Source: an uncultured Oscillibacter sp. (GTDB lineage: Bacteria > Bacillota > Clostridia > Oscillospirales > Oscillospiraceae). Taken from it: DNA of 40,640 bases. The notes beneath the pieces are model-generated. The model saw only the letters and a list, made by a program, of their open reading frames with translations. It searched no databases and was not told the DNA's origin. Below, piece by piece: positions 9,262 through 17,789 of this stretch (the stretch's first letter is position 1; each line of letters begins with the position of its first letter). The translations under genes and the position numbers were made by a program. The stretch covers positions 1 through 40,640 of the forward strand of contig CAMHDB010000001.1 in assembly GCA_946183715.1 (NCBI GenBank), written 5' to 3'.

Positions 9262-11451
9262 TTACGGCCTCGGCGGTTTTGGGACTTTGCGTTTCGGGGG
9301 GCGCGGGGGTTTCGGGGGCCGGGGCGGACGCGCCGCACGCGCCGGGGCCTTACTCGTGAACTGTACCACAAGGCGGTTGCCGGGGTGGTCGGGCGTCAGA
9401 ATGCTGACGGCGCTCCCGCTCCGTACAGTCACCTTTCGCGTACCGCCCGCCGGAATGCCCGGTACCGACGCCCGTACAGGCTTATGGAGACGTAACACGA
9501 CCGCGCCCTTGCCGCCCGGGTAGAACGCGCAGCGGCCCGGAATCAGGCCGAAGGCGCTCTCGAGGTTGTCGACGCCGAAGCGCGAGAGCGGGAAGCGTCC
9601 GCGAATCGGGGACTGGACGAACGTCCGGGGGGAGACCGCCCCGCCGATTTCGGTACTGATTTCAATCGTGCCGTGATAGGGGGCGTTCAGGCGGGCGAAT
9701 GTAGCCGCGATAAACAGCGCGGCGAGGACAAACAGGACAATCAGGAACGGAATCAGGGGGTTCGGGCGCTCCACGGCGGAGACTTCCACGTATAATTCGG
9801 CGCTCTGTCCGGCGGCGTCGGCCACGGAGACAATGAAACTGCCTGTGGGAAGCGTGTAGTTCTCCGCCGACAGCACCCCGCCGGACAGCGCCGCCGTCGC
9901 GCCGTCGGGGGCGCGGAGCAGACTGTAGGACAATGTTTCGGGGCTCTCGTCCGTCACGTACTCCCGCAGGTCTACCGACAGCGTGTCGCCGAGGTACAGC
10001 TTGACTTTCACGGGGTCTTGCAGGATTTGCGGGGGATTGTCGACGGGCGGCGGCGCGGAGAACGTCCGCTCCGTCCAGTCGGAGACGAATTGACACGGCT
10101 CTATCGGGAATGACCGCACGTTTTCCGCGTTTTCGGCGACGGTCAGCTCTCCGGGCGCCGACACACGTACCGCGAAACGATACGTCCCCATGTCCGGCGG
10201 CTCGAACTCCGTCGTAAAGCCGTTGCCGTCGGGGGCCGCCTTCATCGTCTCCCGATACGGTTCCGTCGTCGCGGCGGCGTCCGATACGACCATCAACTCC
10301 GCCTGAAACCCTTGGTACTGCTCCGGACTGTCCGCGACGACGCCGGCGGCCTCCAATGTCGCGCGGATTTCGCACGGGTTCCCCTCCGATACTGTCACGT
10401 TTACCTGCAAGTCGGCGTTGTAGAGTAAGCGTAGCCGCACGGTGTCGCCCTGACGCCCCTCAAGGCGCAGTGTCCAGTTGCCGGGGCGGTCTACCGGGAC
10501 ATTCAAGAGCGCGTCGCCGTCGCTGAGAAGTTCGGCTCGTGTGAGCGTCAGCCCGTCGGGGCCTGTCAGACGCACGTCGTCGAGTTCGGCGAACGTCCGG
10601 CCTACTAACATAATCTGTACGGAATCCAGTCCGAACCCCGGAATCACGAACGGGACTTCCAGCGCGCCGTCGCGGAGTACCAGCGGCGTGTCGCCGGGTT
10701 CGGGGATATAGACCGTGTCCGTGCCGATGGACTCCGTCAACAGCGCGAAGAGTTCCTCGGACAGGTAGCGGTTGGAGTTCAATTCGCGGAAGTAGCGCGT
10801 ATCGGAGGCGATTTCGCGCATTTCCGACAAGTCCGCCGCGCCGTTCATGTTCAGGCACAGCGTGAGAATCGGAATCCCCTGTTCTTTCGCGGTGCGGGTT
10901 GCGTCGGCCTGCAAGGTTTCCGAACGCTCCTGCGCGGCGGTATCGCGGCCCAAGTCCGTCAGGCCGTCGCTGACGAGCAGTATCGCCGCGCGCGCGTCCG
11001 GACTGCCCCTCCCGGCCAGCCGCACGGCCTCCCAAAGCGCCGCGCCCGTGTTCGTGTACTGCCCTTTCGCCTGTCTTGTCGCCGTTTCCAGCGCGCTCCG
11101 GCTCAAATCCGACGCTTCCAGCGGCTCGGGGTCGCGGGAGGCGTCGATGTCGTTCGAGAAAATCACGTAGCCGACTTCATAGTGTTCCCGGCTACCCGTG
11201 GCGGTGTCGCGGCGGAGATAGTCCAGAAATTCCTCGATAGCGTCGAACCGGTAGCCGTCGGGGTCAGTCCCGGCAACGCGCTGTCCGGTACCCCGGTCGG
11301 TGTAGCCCGACAGCGACAAACTCGCGTCGAGGACGAGAATCAGCTTCCGCCCCGCGCGCGTACTCTCCGCCGCCCCCGCGCAAAGGTTCGGCAGACAGAG
11401 CAGTACACAGAATAGAAGCAGAATCCGCTTGCACAGTCGCGGCGTTGTCAT
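9262..11451 (-). CDS. Secreted, single-pass membrane vWA-domain protein with Ig-like stalk and cytoplasmic tail
   Basis: Signal peptide (KRILLLFCVLLCLPNLCAGA), MIDAS DASLS...TNTG...LLVSDG, beta-rich repeats, TM helix LIPFLIVLFVLAALFIAATFA, Pro/Arg/Lys-rich C-terminus. Alternative start at 11469. Confidence 0.85.
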   Translation of the reverse strand: MTTPRLCKRILLLFCVLLCLPNLCAGAAESTRAGRKLILVLDASLSLSGYTDRGTGQRVAGTDPDGYRFDAIEEFLDYLRRDTATGSREHYEVGYVIFSNDIDASRDPEPLEASDLSRSALETATRQAKGQYTNTGAALWEAVRLAGRGSPDARAAILLVSDGLTDLGRDTAAQERSETLQADATRTAKEQGIPILTLCLNMNGAADLSEMREIASDTRYFRELNSNRYLSEELFALLTESIGTDTVYIPEPGDTPLVLRDGALEVPFVIPGFGLDSVQIMLVGRTFAELDDVRLTGPDGLTLTRAELLSDGDALLNVPVDRPGNWTLRLEGRQGDTVRLRLLYNADLQVNVTVSEGNPCEIRATLEAAGVVADSPEQYQGFQAELMVVSDAAATTEPYRETMKAAPDGNGFTTEFEPPDMGTYRFAVRVSAPGELTVAENAENVRSFPIEPCQFVSDWTERTFSAPPPVDNPPQILQDPVKVKLYLGDTLSVDLREYVTDESPETLSYSLLRAPDGATAALSGGVLSAENYTLPTGSFIVSVADAAGQSAELYVEVSAVERPNPLIPFLIVLFVLAALFIAATFARLNAPYHGTIEISTEIGGAVSPRTFVQSPIRGRFPLSRFGVDNLESAFGLIPGRCAFYPGGKGAVVLRLHKPVRASVPGIPAGGTRKVTVRSGSAVSILTPDHPGNRLVVQFTSKAPARAARPPRPPKPPRPPKRKVPKPPRP

Positions 11452-11465
11452 GTTCACTCCCCCCG

Positions 11466-13019
11466 TCATTGGACGCGCAGTCTTAACAGCCGCGCGCCTT
11501 CATCGTAGTTGTAGAGCTCCTCTACATCGTACCCCGCTTCCCGAAATTCATGCAACATCGTGTTCAAATCGTCGTTGTTGTGGTCGGAGACAATGTAGAG
11601 CGTGTCGGGCCAGTCGGGGCCGTAGAGGCCGTCGAAATAGGCGCGGTACTCCTCCCCGCTCCGTGCCTCGTACCAGTCCATGTACGTGACGCGGTTCTCG
11701 GTGTCGGCGGTGTAGCCGGGCGTCATGCGGACGTAGTAGGCGAAACCGCCGTTAGCGGCGTAGTAGACAAGCGTCGTTTCGTCGGGGCCCCCGGCGTCGT
11801 ACCAGCGGTAGACAGCCTCCCGGATGTCGTCCTTTATCCAGTTTTTCGACAGGCGCGTGTTCCACGACAGCACGCACGAACAGGCGACAAAACACAGTGC
11901 CGCGCCGAGTACGAGTACGGGCACGCCGCGCTTGTCCAAGAACGGCTCCTCCGCGAGAATCCGCACGCACTCCCAAAGCAGTACGGCCCCGAGGGGAACC
12001 CACAGCGGGATAAAGAACAGGTTGTAGCGGTTGCCGAAGCCGCCGTAGGACATATCGGCGTAGACACCCGCCTTGACCGCGAAGTAGTAGAAAAGCCAAG
12101 TGAGGGCGTTGGCGAGGACGAACGCCCGCGCCGGACGCCGCCCCCAAACAAGTACGGCCACGGACGCCAGCAATACTACGCCCAGCAACAGCCGCGCCGA
12201 CATGCCGGAGTAGTCCGGGGCCATATTCCAGCGGAATACGGTCATGAGATTGCGGAGGGAATCGCGGAAAAATCCGTCGTGGAAGGTAATCGAAGTCCCG
12301 GCGAAGCTCCCGCCGCGCTGCATGGGCAACTGTTTTTTGAGGAACAGGAACCACAGCGGCAGTCCGGCGCAAATGAGCGCGGCGGCGTATCCGGCGCACA
12401 GTTCGAGGGTACGCCGCGCGCCGCGCATGGCGAAGAACGCCGTCAGGGCCAGCGCCGCGACCGGGAAGGCCGCGCCGTACTGACTGTATACGGGCACAAT
12501 CGCCGAGAGCAGGAACAGGGCAATATTCTTTCGCGACGGCTCCTCAAAGAGGCGGAACCACGCGCAGACAGTCCAGAAGAGGCTCGCCAGCAGTAAGCAG
12601 TATTCGGCGGCCTCCTGCCAGTAGAAGGACATGCGATACACGAACGCCGCGCCGCAGACGACCGCCGCCGCGAACCAAGTCTGCCCGGTGTAGCGCCGGA
12701 CGGTACGGTGAAGCGCGGCCATTCCCACAAGTCCGGCGCAGACGCCGAAGAAGCGGAACCACCATTCGGTGTCGCTGACGCGCAGCCAGAACCAGAGGAG
12801 GACGTTGTAGAGGGGCGGCTGTAGGGTCGTGACAATCCGCTCGTACATGTTCGCGGTCTGCGAGAAGGGGAGCGGGCCTGTCAGGACTTTGGAATACCAG
12901 TATTCAATCGCCTCGTCGAACCACAGCGCCGACATCGTGAGGCGGTGACAGGACACAAGGAAAAACAGCGCGAATGCCGCGCCTGTCAGCAGGAAATCCC
13001 GTTGCTTTGACTGTTTCAT
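11466..13019 (-). CDS. GT-C fold (GT39/GT83, PMT_2-like) integral membrane glycosyltransferase, GtrC-like role
   Basis: LWFDEA acidic motif after TM1, QPPLY motif, many TM segments, soluble C-terminal domain. Confidence 0.8.
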   Translation of the reverse strand: MKQSKQRDFLLTGAAFALFFLVSCHRLTMSALWFDEAIEYWYSKVLTGPLPFSQTANMYERIVTTLQPPLYNVLLWFWLRVSDTEWWFRFFGVCAGLVGMAALHRTVRRYTGQTWFAAAVVCGAAFVYRMSFYWQEAAEYCLLLASLFWTVCAWFRLFEEPSRKNIALFLLSAIVPVYSQYGAAFPVAALALTAFFAMRGARRTLELCAGYAAALICAGLPLWFLFLKKQLPMQRGGSFAGTSITFHDGFFRDSLRNLMTVFRWNMAPDYSGMSARLLLGVVLLASVAVLVWGRRPARAFVLANALTWLFYYFAVKAGVYADMSYGGFGNRYNLFFIPLWVPLGAVLLWECVRILAEEPFLDKRGVPVLVLGAALCFVACSCVLSWNTRLSKNWIKDDIREAVYRWYDAGGPDETTLVYYAANGGFAYYVRMTPGYTADTENRVTYMDWYEARSGEEYRAYFDGLYGPDWPDTLYIVSDHNNDDLNTMLHEFREAGYDVEELYNYDEGARLLRLRVQ

Positions 13020-13039
13020 GGGTACTTGTTTCTCCGTTT

Positions 13040-13486
13040 TCAGGATTTGTCGGGCGCGGAAGGCGTCCGGAAAATCAGTAACTTGCTTGCGACGTAATTC
13101 AGTACGACGACCAGCACGTTGTCGAGGGCTTTTATCAGGATATCATTCCAGCCGAGCACGTCCACGAACAGGAACATACAGCCCAAATCAAGTAAGCCCG
13201 TCGCGAGGCGGCACGAAAAGAACGAGGCCATTTCCCGCGCGATTTCCGCCGCCGTCCGCGCCGAACTCCGGAACACCCACCGCCGATTTGTCACGTAGGC
13301 GAACAGTACGGCGAGAATCCACGCGATAACCGTCGAGGCCGCCACGCTCAGCCCCAGCGGGTACGCCGAGGCCCAGTACGCTGCCATATTGACCAGCGTC
13401 GTACACACGCCGAAAAACAGGTACGGTATCACATCCCGGTAGCGCGTGTAAAGGGCTTTGACTTTCTCAAGATTCACGGCTTTCAC
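13040..13486 (-). CDS. GtrA family flippase
   Basis: YLFFGVCTTLVN, FAYVTNRRWVF, NYVASKLLIF motifs; about 4 TM segments; 148 aa. Confidence 0.9.
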   Translation of the reverse strand: MKAVNLEKVKALYTRYRDVIPYLFFGVCTTLVNMAAYWASAYPLGLSVAASTVIAWILAVLFAYVTNRRWVFRSSARTAAEIAREMASFFSCRLATGLLDLGCMFLFVDVLGWNDILIKALDNVLVVVLNYVASKLLIFRTPSAPDKS

Positions 13487-14204
13487 CCTTTCCGTCGCGC
13501 TTCATCTCCCTGCGGAAGGCGTGGAAATCGCCGAGAGCCTTCCAGCCGATTCCCACGATTTTCCGCACGTTCACGGAGTTGACCCCGGCCTGTCGCGGGC
13601 GGAACGTGATTTTCCGGAAGCGAATCGGCTCGCCGTAGTAGGCGAAGAACGTCGTCATCATGATGTTGGGGAGGTTGTAGTCGGGGGCCATGCGGGGGAG
13701 GTACTTGGCGACGGTCGCGGCGCGCATGAGGCGGAAGGGCGCGTTGGCGTCCGGGACGCTCACGCGGAAGTAGAGGCCCAGCAACAGGCATACGACGCGC
13801 TCCACGAACGCGCGGATTTTCCCGTCGCCGCGCTCCTTGCGGAACCCGAAGATTCCGGCGTAGCGTTCGCGCAGATTCCAGAACGCGCCGAACTCCGCCG
13901 GGTCGGTCTGCCCGTCGGAATCCGTCTGAAAGATGTAGTCGGCCCCCCGCTTGATGGCGTAGTCGTAAAGGGCAATTACTTTCGGGCCGTGCTGTTTGCC
14001 CGTGTCGGAGAGGATTTCGAGTTTCGGATACTCCTCCCGCAAGGCCTCCAGAATGCCGTGCGTCCCGTCGGTACTCCCGCTGTCGGCAATCACGAGGCGC
14101 GACGCCTCGTCTTTGCCGTCGAGTACCGGGTACCACGCCCGCACGACTTCCTCAATGTTTTCTTCCTCATTATAGGCGGGCATGACAAGATATAAACTGT
14201 CCAT
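13467..14204 (-). CDS. GT2 polyprenyl-phosphate glycosyltransferase (GtrB/DPM1-like)
   Basis: VMPAYNEE, DSGSTDGT, QTDSDGQ (DxD), DANAPFRLMR motifs. Confidence 0.9.
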   Translation of the reverse strand: MDSLYLVMPAYNEEENIEEVVRAWYPVLDGKDEASRLVIADSGSTDGTHGILEALREEYPKLEILSDTGKQHGPKVIALYDYAIKRGADYIFQTDSDGQTDPAEFGAFWNLRERYAGIFGFRKERGDGKIRAFVERVVCLLLGLYFRVSVPDANAPFRLMRAATVAKYLPRMAPDYNLPNIMMTTFFAYYGEPIRFRKITFRPRQAGVNSVNVRKIVGIGWKALGDFHAFRREMKRDGKGESRES

Positions 14205-14245
14205 GCGTTTGTCCCTGCCTTTCTTTTCCCGGTAAGGTGGAAAGT

Positions 14246-14274
14246 ATTATATACGCTGTCAGATAGTTTTGCAA
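14246..14274 (-). promoter_or_regulatory. Sigma-A-type promoter for the glycosylation/vWA/tubulin/GTPase operon
   Basis: Minus strand TTGCAA-N17-TATAAT, about 40 bp upstream of the GT2 start. Confidence 0.7.
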
Positions 14275-14361
14275 GCGTCAATTTGCGGGGGCAAAAAAAG
14301 CATGGACAACGGGCGGCAAGTGTTGTAAACTGTCGGTAAGCGAAAGAGGGGAGGCGGGAGC

Positions 14362-15348
14362 GTGTCCTACAATCCACAGGATTTCGGGAGCGTGATGGAG
14401 TATCTGTACGGGCGGTTCGGGGCGGAGGTGTTCCGGGACGCGCCGCGGATGTACGCGATATTCTGCGACCTCTCGCCGAGGCTGAAGCCCTACGGAAATA
14501 TTATGCGGCAGTTGGCCGAGCGGGGCCTGCCGACGGCGCTGGGGGAGGCCGTGCGCGACGGCGACGATATCGCACAGGCGCGCGTGATGATGAGGGCGCG
14601 CGACTGCCTCGAAAACGAACTGCTTCTCGCGCCGGAGCGGGCGTCGTACTTCCTGCGGGTACTGGGCGGGCTCTACGGCGTCGCGCCGCCGCCGCTTCCG
14701 GAACCCGCACAACCGCCGATTCCGCAAGCCGTGCCGCAACCTGTACAGCCGCCCCCGATTCCGCAAGCGGTGCCGACGCCGATGTCGGGGCGTTCGGGGG
14801 CGCTGTCGTGGGAGTTGGACAGCGCCGGAACCCTCACGATTTCCGGGCGCGGCGACATGGACGACTTTACAAGACAGGGCTACCACCAGTCCGGCGCGCC
14901 GTGGTGTACGCGGCAAGCGGAATTGTCGGCGGTCGTGCTCCGGGACGGCGTGACCGGAATCGGGGAGAACGCGTTCTACTACTGCGCCAACCTCCGCCGC
15001 GCGGAGATTCCCGACACCGTGCGGCGTATTGGCTGCATGGCCTTCCGGGGCTGTGCGGGCCTGAAACGCGTGACGATTCCGAACGGCGTCGCGGAAATCG
15101 GCGTGTCGGCGTTTGAAGGCTGTACGGCCCTGACGGGTATCAGGATTCCGCGCGGCGTAACGGCCATTCAGCCCCACGCCTTCGCGGAGTGTAAGAGCCT
15201 GACCAGCGTCACGATTCCCGACAGCGTGCGGAGTATCGGCTACCGCGCCTTCCGCGACTGCTCCAGCCTGTCCCGCGCCTACGTCCCCGCCGCCGCCAAA
15301 ATCGACGCCGACGCTTTCGCCTCCAATACCGCCGTCATACGCCGCTAG
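14362..15348 (+). CDS. BspA/LRR_5 leucine-rich repeat protein with N-terminal helical domain and Pro-rich linker
   Basis: Repeats IPxxVxxIGxxAFxxCxxL preceded by the LSWELDSAGTLTISGRGDM cap. No signal peptide. GTG start with GGAGG upstream. Confidence 0.85.
   Translation: MSYNPQDFGSVMEYLYGRFGAEVFRDAPRMYAIFCDLSPRLKPYGNIMRQLAERGLPTALGEAVRDGDDIAQARVMMRARDCLENELLLAPERASYFLRVLGGLYGVAPPPLPEPAQPPIPQAVPQPVQPPPIPQAVPTPMSGRSGALSWELDSAGTLTISGRGDMDDFTRQGYHQSGAPWCTRQAELSAVVLRDGVTGIGENAFYYCANLRRAEIPDTVRRIGCMAFRGCAGLKRVTIPNGVAEIGVSAFEGCTALTGIRIPRGVTAIQPHAFAECKSLTSVTIPDSVRSIGYRAFRDCSSLSRAYVPAAAKIDADAFASNTAVIRR
14716..14775 (+). repeat. Duplicated 21-bp unit encoding PIPQAVP in the LRR protein linker
   Basis: ccgattccgcaagccgtgccg (14716) / ccgattccgcaagcggtgccg (14755). 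Confidence 0.7.
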
Positions 15349-15362
15349 CGCAACGCGAAAAT

Positions 15363-15968
15363 TTACGCCGTCGCCCCCGGAATCACCAGTTTCATGTGAC
15401 AGCACAGGTCGTCCAAATCCCGGTCGGTGGCGGCGGGAATCCGGAGGCGTCCGCCGCATTCGGCACAAATTAAGTCCACCGACGCGCGCCGGATTTGCAT
15501 TTTCCACTCCCGGCCCCCGCAACGGCATGTTATCCCGTCCGGACGCCCCGCGATGTCCTTCAACTCCGACAGTACCTCGTACATGATGACGTTATCCAGA
15601 AACGCGGTCTCCCCGCCGTCCTGCCGCTCCTTCTCCGCGAGAATCGACAGTTCTTTCATTTTCTGTTCGACTGTCCCGGGAGGCCCGATAAAACAACTGA
15701 ACTGTCCGGTTTTCACACACGCCAGCGCAATTGCGCCGTGTAACATCTGTTCGGGCGTACAAACCGCCGTGTGGCTCCCGCCGCACAGCCCGCACGGCAC
15801 CGAAATCTCGTAGCGCCGCCCGTCGTAGTACGTGCGGAGTACGGCCCCGCCGCACTCACAGGCAATCGCGGCGTCCGACGCGGCGAGCGTGAAGGCGTCG
15901 CGGCTTGCGATGACCGCCTTGCCGCACTCGGGGCACAGGTACCCGAACGCGCGCGCTTCTTCGTTCAT
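15363..15968 (-). CDS. Hypothetical multi-Cys (zinc-ribbon) protein
   Basis: CPECG, CECGG, CGLCGGSH, CRCGG, CAECG motifs. Start at 15968 (MNEEAR) follows GGAAGGA. Confidence 0.75.
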   Translation of the reverse strand: MNEEARAFGYLCPECGKAVIASRDAFTLAASDAAIACECGGAVLRTYYDGRRYEISVPCGLCGGSHTAVCTPEQMLHGAIALACVKTGQFSCFIGPPGTVEQKMKELSILAEKERQDGGETAFLDNVIMYEVLSELKDIAGRPDGITCRCGGREWKMQIRRASVDLICAECGGRLRIPAATDRDLDDLCCHMKLVIPGATA

Positions 15969-16050
15969 AGTATCACTCCTTCCGCACGGGGGAGGATACC
16001 ACAAAACCGCGCGTTTGTACAGAGACGAATTTCAGAAAGGAAGTCAGGAT

Positions 16051-16827
16051 ATGATTAGGCTTGTGGCGACGGACATGGACGGGACATTACTCAACAGCCG
16101 GAAAGAACTACCGCCCGATTTCGAGGCGTGGGTCGTGGCACACCCCGGAATCCGGGTGGCAATCGCGAGCGGACGGCAATACCACACCCTCTGCGACAAC
16201 TTCGGCCCCGCCCGCGAACACCTGCTCTATATCGCCGAAAACGGGGCGCTAGTCTTTGAGCGCGGCGCGGCGGTGTACAAGAATGTCATGGCCCCCGCCG
16301 ACGCGCTGGAATGTCTGCGCGTGGCGTCGGGCATGCCGGGCGTACACCCGATTCTCTGCGGCGTCCGTTCGGCGTGGATGCTGCACGCCCCGGAGGCCGT
16401 CGAACGCGAGGCGAACATGTACTATCACCGTCTGGCGTTCCCGGAGACGCTGGAAAGCGCCGTCGACGGCGACGAAATCGTGAAAGTCGCGCTCTACATC
16501 GAGGGCTTCCGCGCGGCGGAGACGGTTTCGGGTTTCCAGTCGCTTTCGCCGCGCCTGTCGCCCGTCGTGTCGGGCCCCGACTGGATTGACCTTGCCAACG
16601 CGTCAGTAAGCAAGGGCGCGGCTCTGCGGGATATCCAGACGCGCTACGGAATCGCCCCCGCGGACTGCATGGGCTTCGGGGACTATATGAACGACTACAC
16701 CCTCTTACAAGCCTGCGGGGAGAGTTACGCGATGGCGAACGCCTGCGAGGGTATCCGGAGCGTCGCGAAACACCTGACCGCGTCCAACGACGAGGACGGG
16801 GTCATGGCCGTACTGCGGACACTGTGA
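16051..16827 (+). CDS. Cof-type HAD-IIB hydrolase
   Basis: ATDMDGTLL, ASGR, SKG, GFGDYMND motifs. True start is MIRLVA at 16051. Confidence 0.92.
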   Translation: MIRLVATDMDGTLLNSRKELPPDFEAWVVAHPGIRVAIASGRQYHTLCDNFGPAREHLLYIAENGALVFERGAAVYKNVMAPADALECLRVASGMPGVHPILCGVRSAWMLHAPEAVEREANMYYHRLAFPETLESAVDGDEIVKVALYIEGFRAAETVSGFQSLSPRLSPVVSGPDWIDLANASVSKGAALRDIQTRYGIAPADCMGFGDYMNDYTLLQACGESYAMANACEGIRSVAKHLTASNDEDGVMAVLRTL

Positions 16828-16828
16828 C

Positions 16829-17773
16829 ATGACGACCGGACGTTTTGCGCCGTCGCCGAGCGGGCGCATGCACATCGGGAATTTGTTTACAAGTCTGCTG
16901 GCGTGGCTGAGCGCGAGGAAACAGGGCGGGCGCGTCGTACTGCGTATCGAGGATTTGGACACGCGCCGCTGTACCGCCGAGTACGCCCGACAGCTACAGG
17001 ACGATTTACAGTGGCTGGGCCTGACGTGGGACGAGGGGCCGCTTACCGGAGGCCCCCACGCGCCGTATGAACAGAGTAGGCGTACCGCGCTTTACGCGGA
17101 CGCTATGGAGCGCTTACGCGCGCGGGGGGTGGTGTACCCGTGTTTCTGTACGCGCGCCGAACTCCACGCCGCGAGCGCGCCGCACCGCTCCGACGGACAG
17201 ACCGTCTACGCGGGCACCTGTCGGAACCTGACGGCGGCGGAAGTCGAGGCGCGCGCACAAGTACGCCCCCCGGCGTACCGGTTGCGCGTCCCCGACGAGG
17301 AAATCGCCGTACAAGACGGGCATATGGGCCTGTACGCGGAACATCTGCAACGCGACTGCGGCGACTTCCTGCTGTGCCGTTCCGATGGGCTGTACGCCTA
17401 CCAGTTGGCGGTCGTCGTCGACGACGCCGACATGGGCGTGACGGAAGTCGTGCGCGGGTCTGACCTGCTGTCGTCCACGCCCCGGCAACTACTGCTTTAC
17501 CGCCTGTTAGGCCTCACGCCGCCGACGTTCTGCCACGTCCCGTTACTGCTCTCCGGCGACGGGCGGCGGCTGAGTAAGCGCGACCGCGACTTGAATCTGT
17601 CCGCGTTGCGGGGGCGCTGTACGGCGGAAACCGTTGTCGGGCGACTGGCCTTTCTGGCGGGCTTCCACCCCACGGCGGAACCTGTGCGCGCCGCCGACCT
17701 GCTCCCCGTATTCGACTGGGCCGCCGTGCCCGTGCAAGATATTACTGTGCCGGAAAACCTGTTCCGGATATGA
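16829..17773 (+). CDS. gluQ: Glutamyl-Q tRNA(Asp) synthetase
   Basis: RFAPSPSG, HIGN, CFCTR, YQLAVVVDD, LSKR. At 314 aa it lacks the GluRS anticodon-binding domain. Confidence 0.9.
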   Translation: MTTGRFAPSPSGRMHIGNLFTSLLAWLSARKQGGRVVLRIEDLDTRRCTAEYARQLQDDLQWLGLTWDEGPLTGGPHAPYEQSRRTALYADAMERLRARGVVYPCFCTRAELHAASAPHRSDGQTVYAGTCRNLTAAEVEARAQVRPPAYRLRVPDEEIAVQDGHMGLYAEHLQRDCGDFLLCRSDGLYAYQLAVVVDDADMGVTEVVRGSDLLSSTPRQLLLYRLLGLTPPTFCHVPLLLSGDGRRLSKRDRDLNLSALRGRCTAETVVGRLAFLAGFHPTAEPVRAADLLPVFDWAAVPVQDITVPENLFRI

Positions 17774-17789
17774 CAGGGAGGAATGCAAC

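Noticed and set aside
1-11451. Type VII secretion or other secretion-system locus
   Set aside because: No FtsK/EssC ATPase, WXG100 proteins or other secretion components were recognised.
16829-17773. Glutamate-tRNA ligase gltX
   Set aside because: Too short and lacks the anticodon-binding domain; consistent with GluQ.
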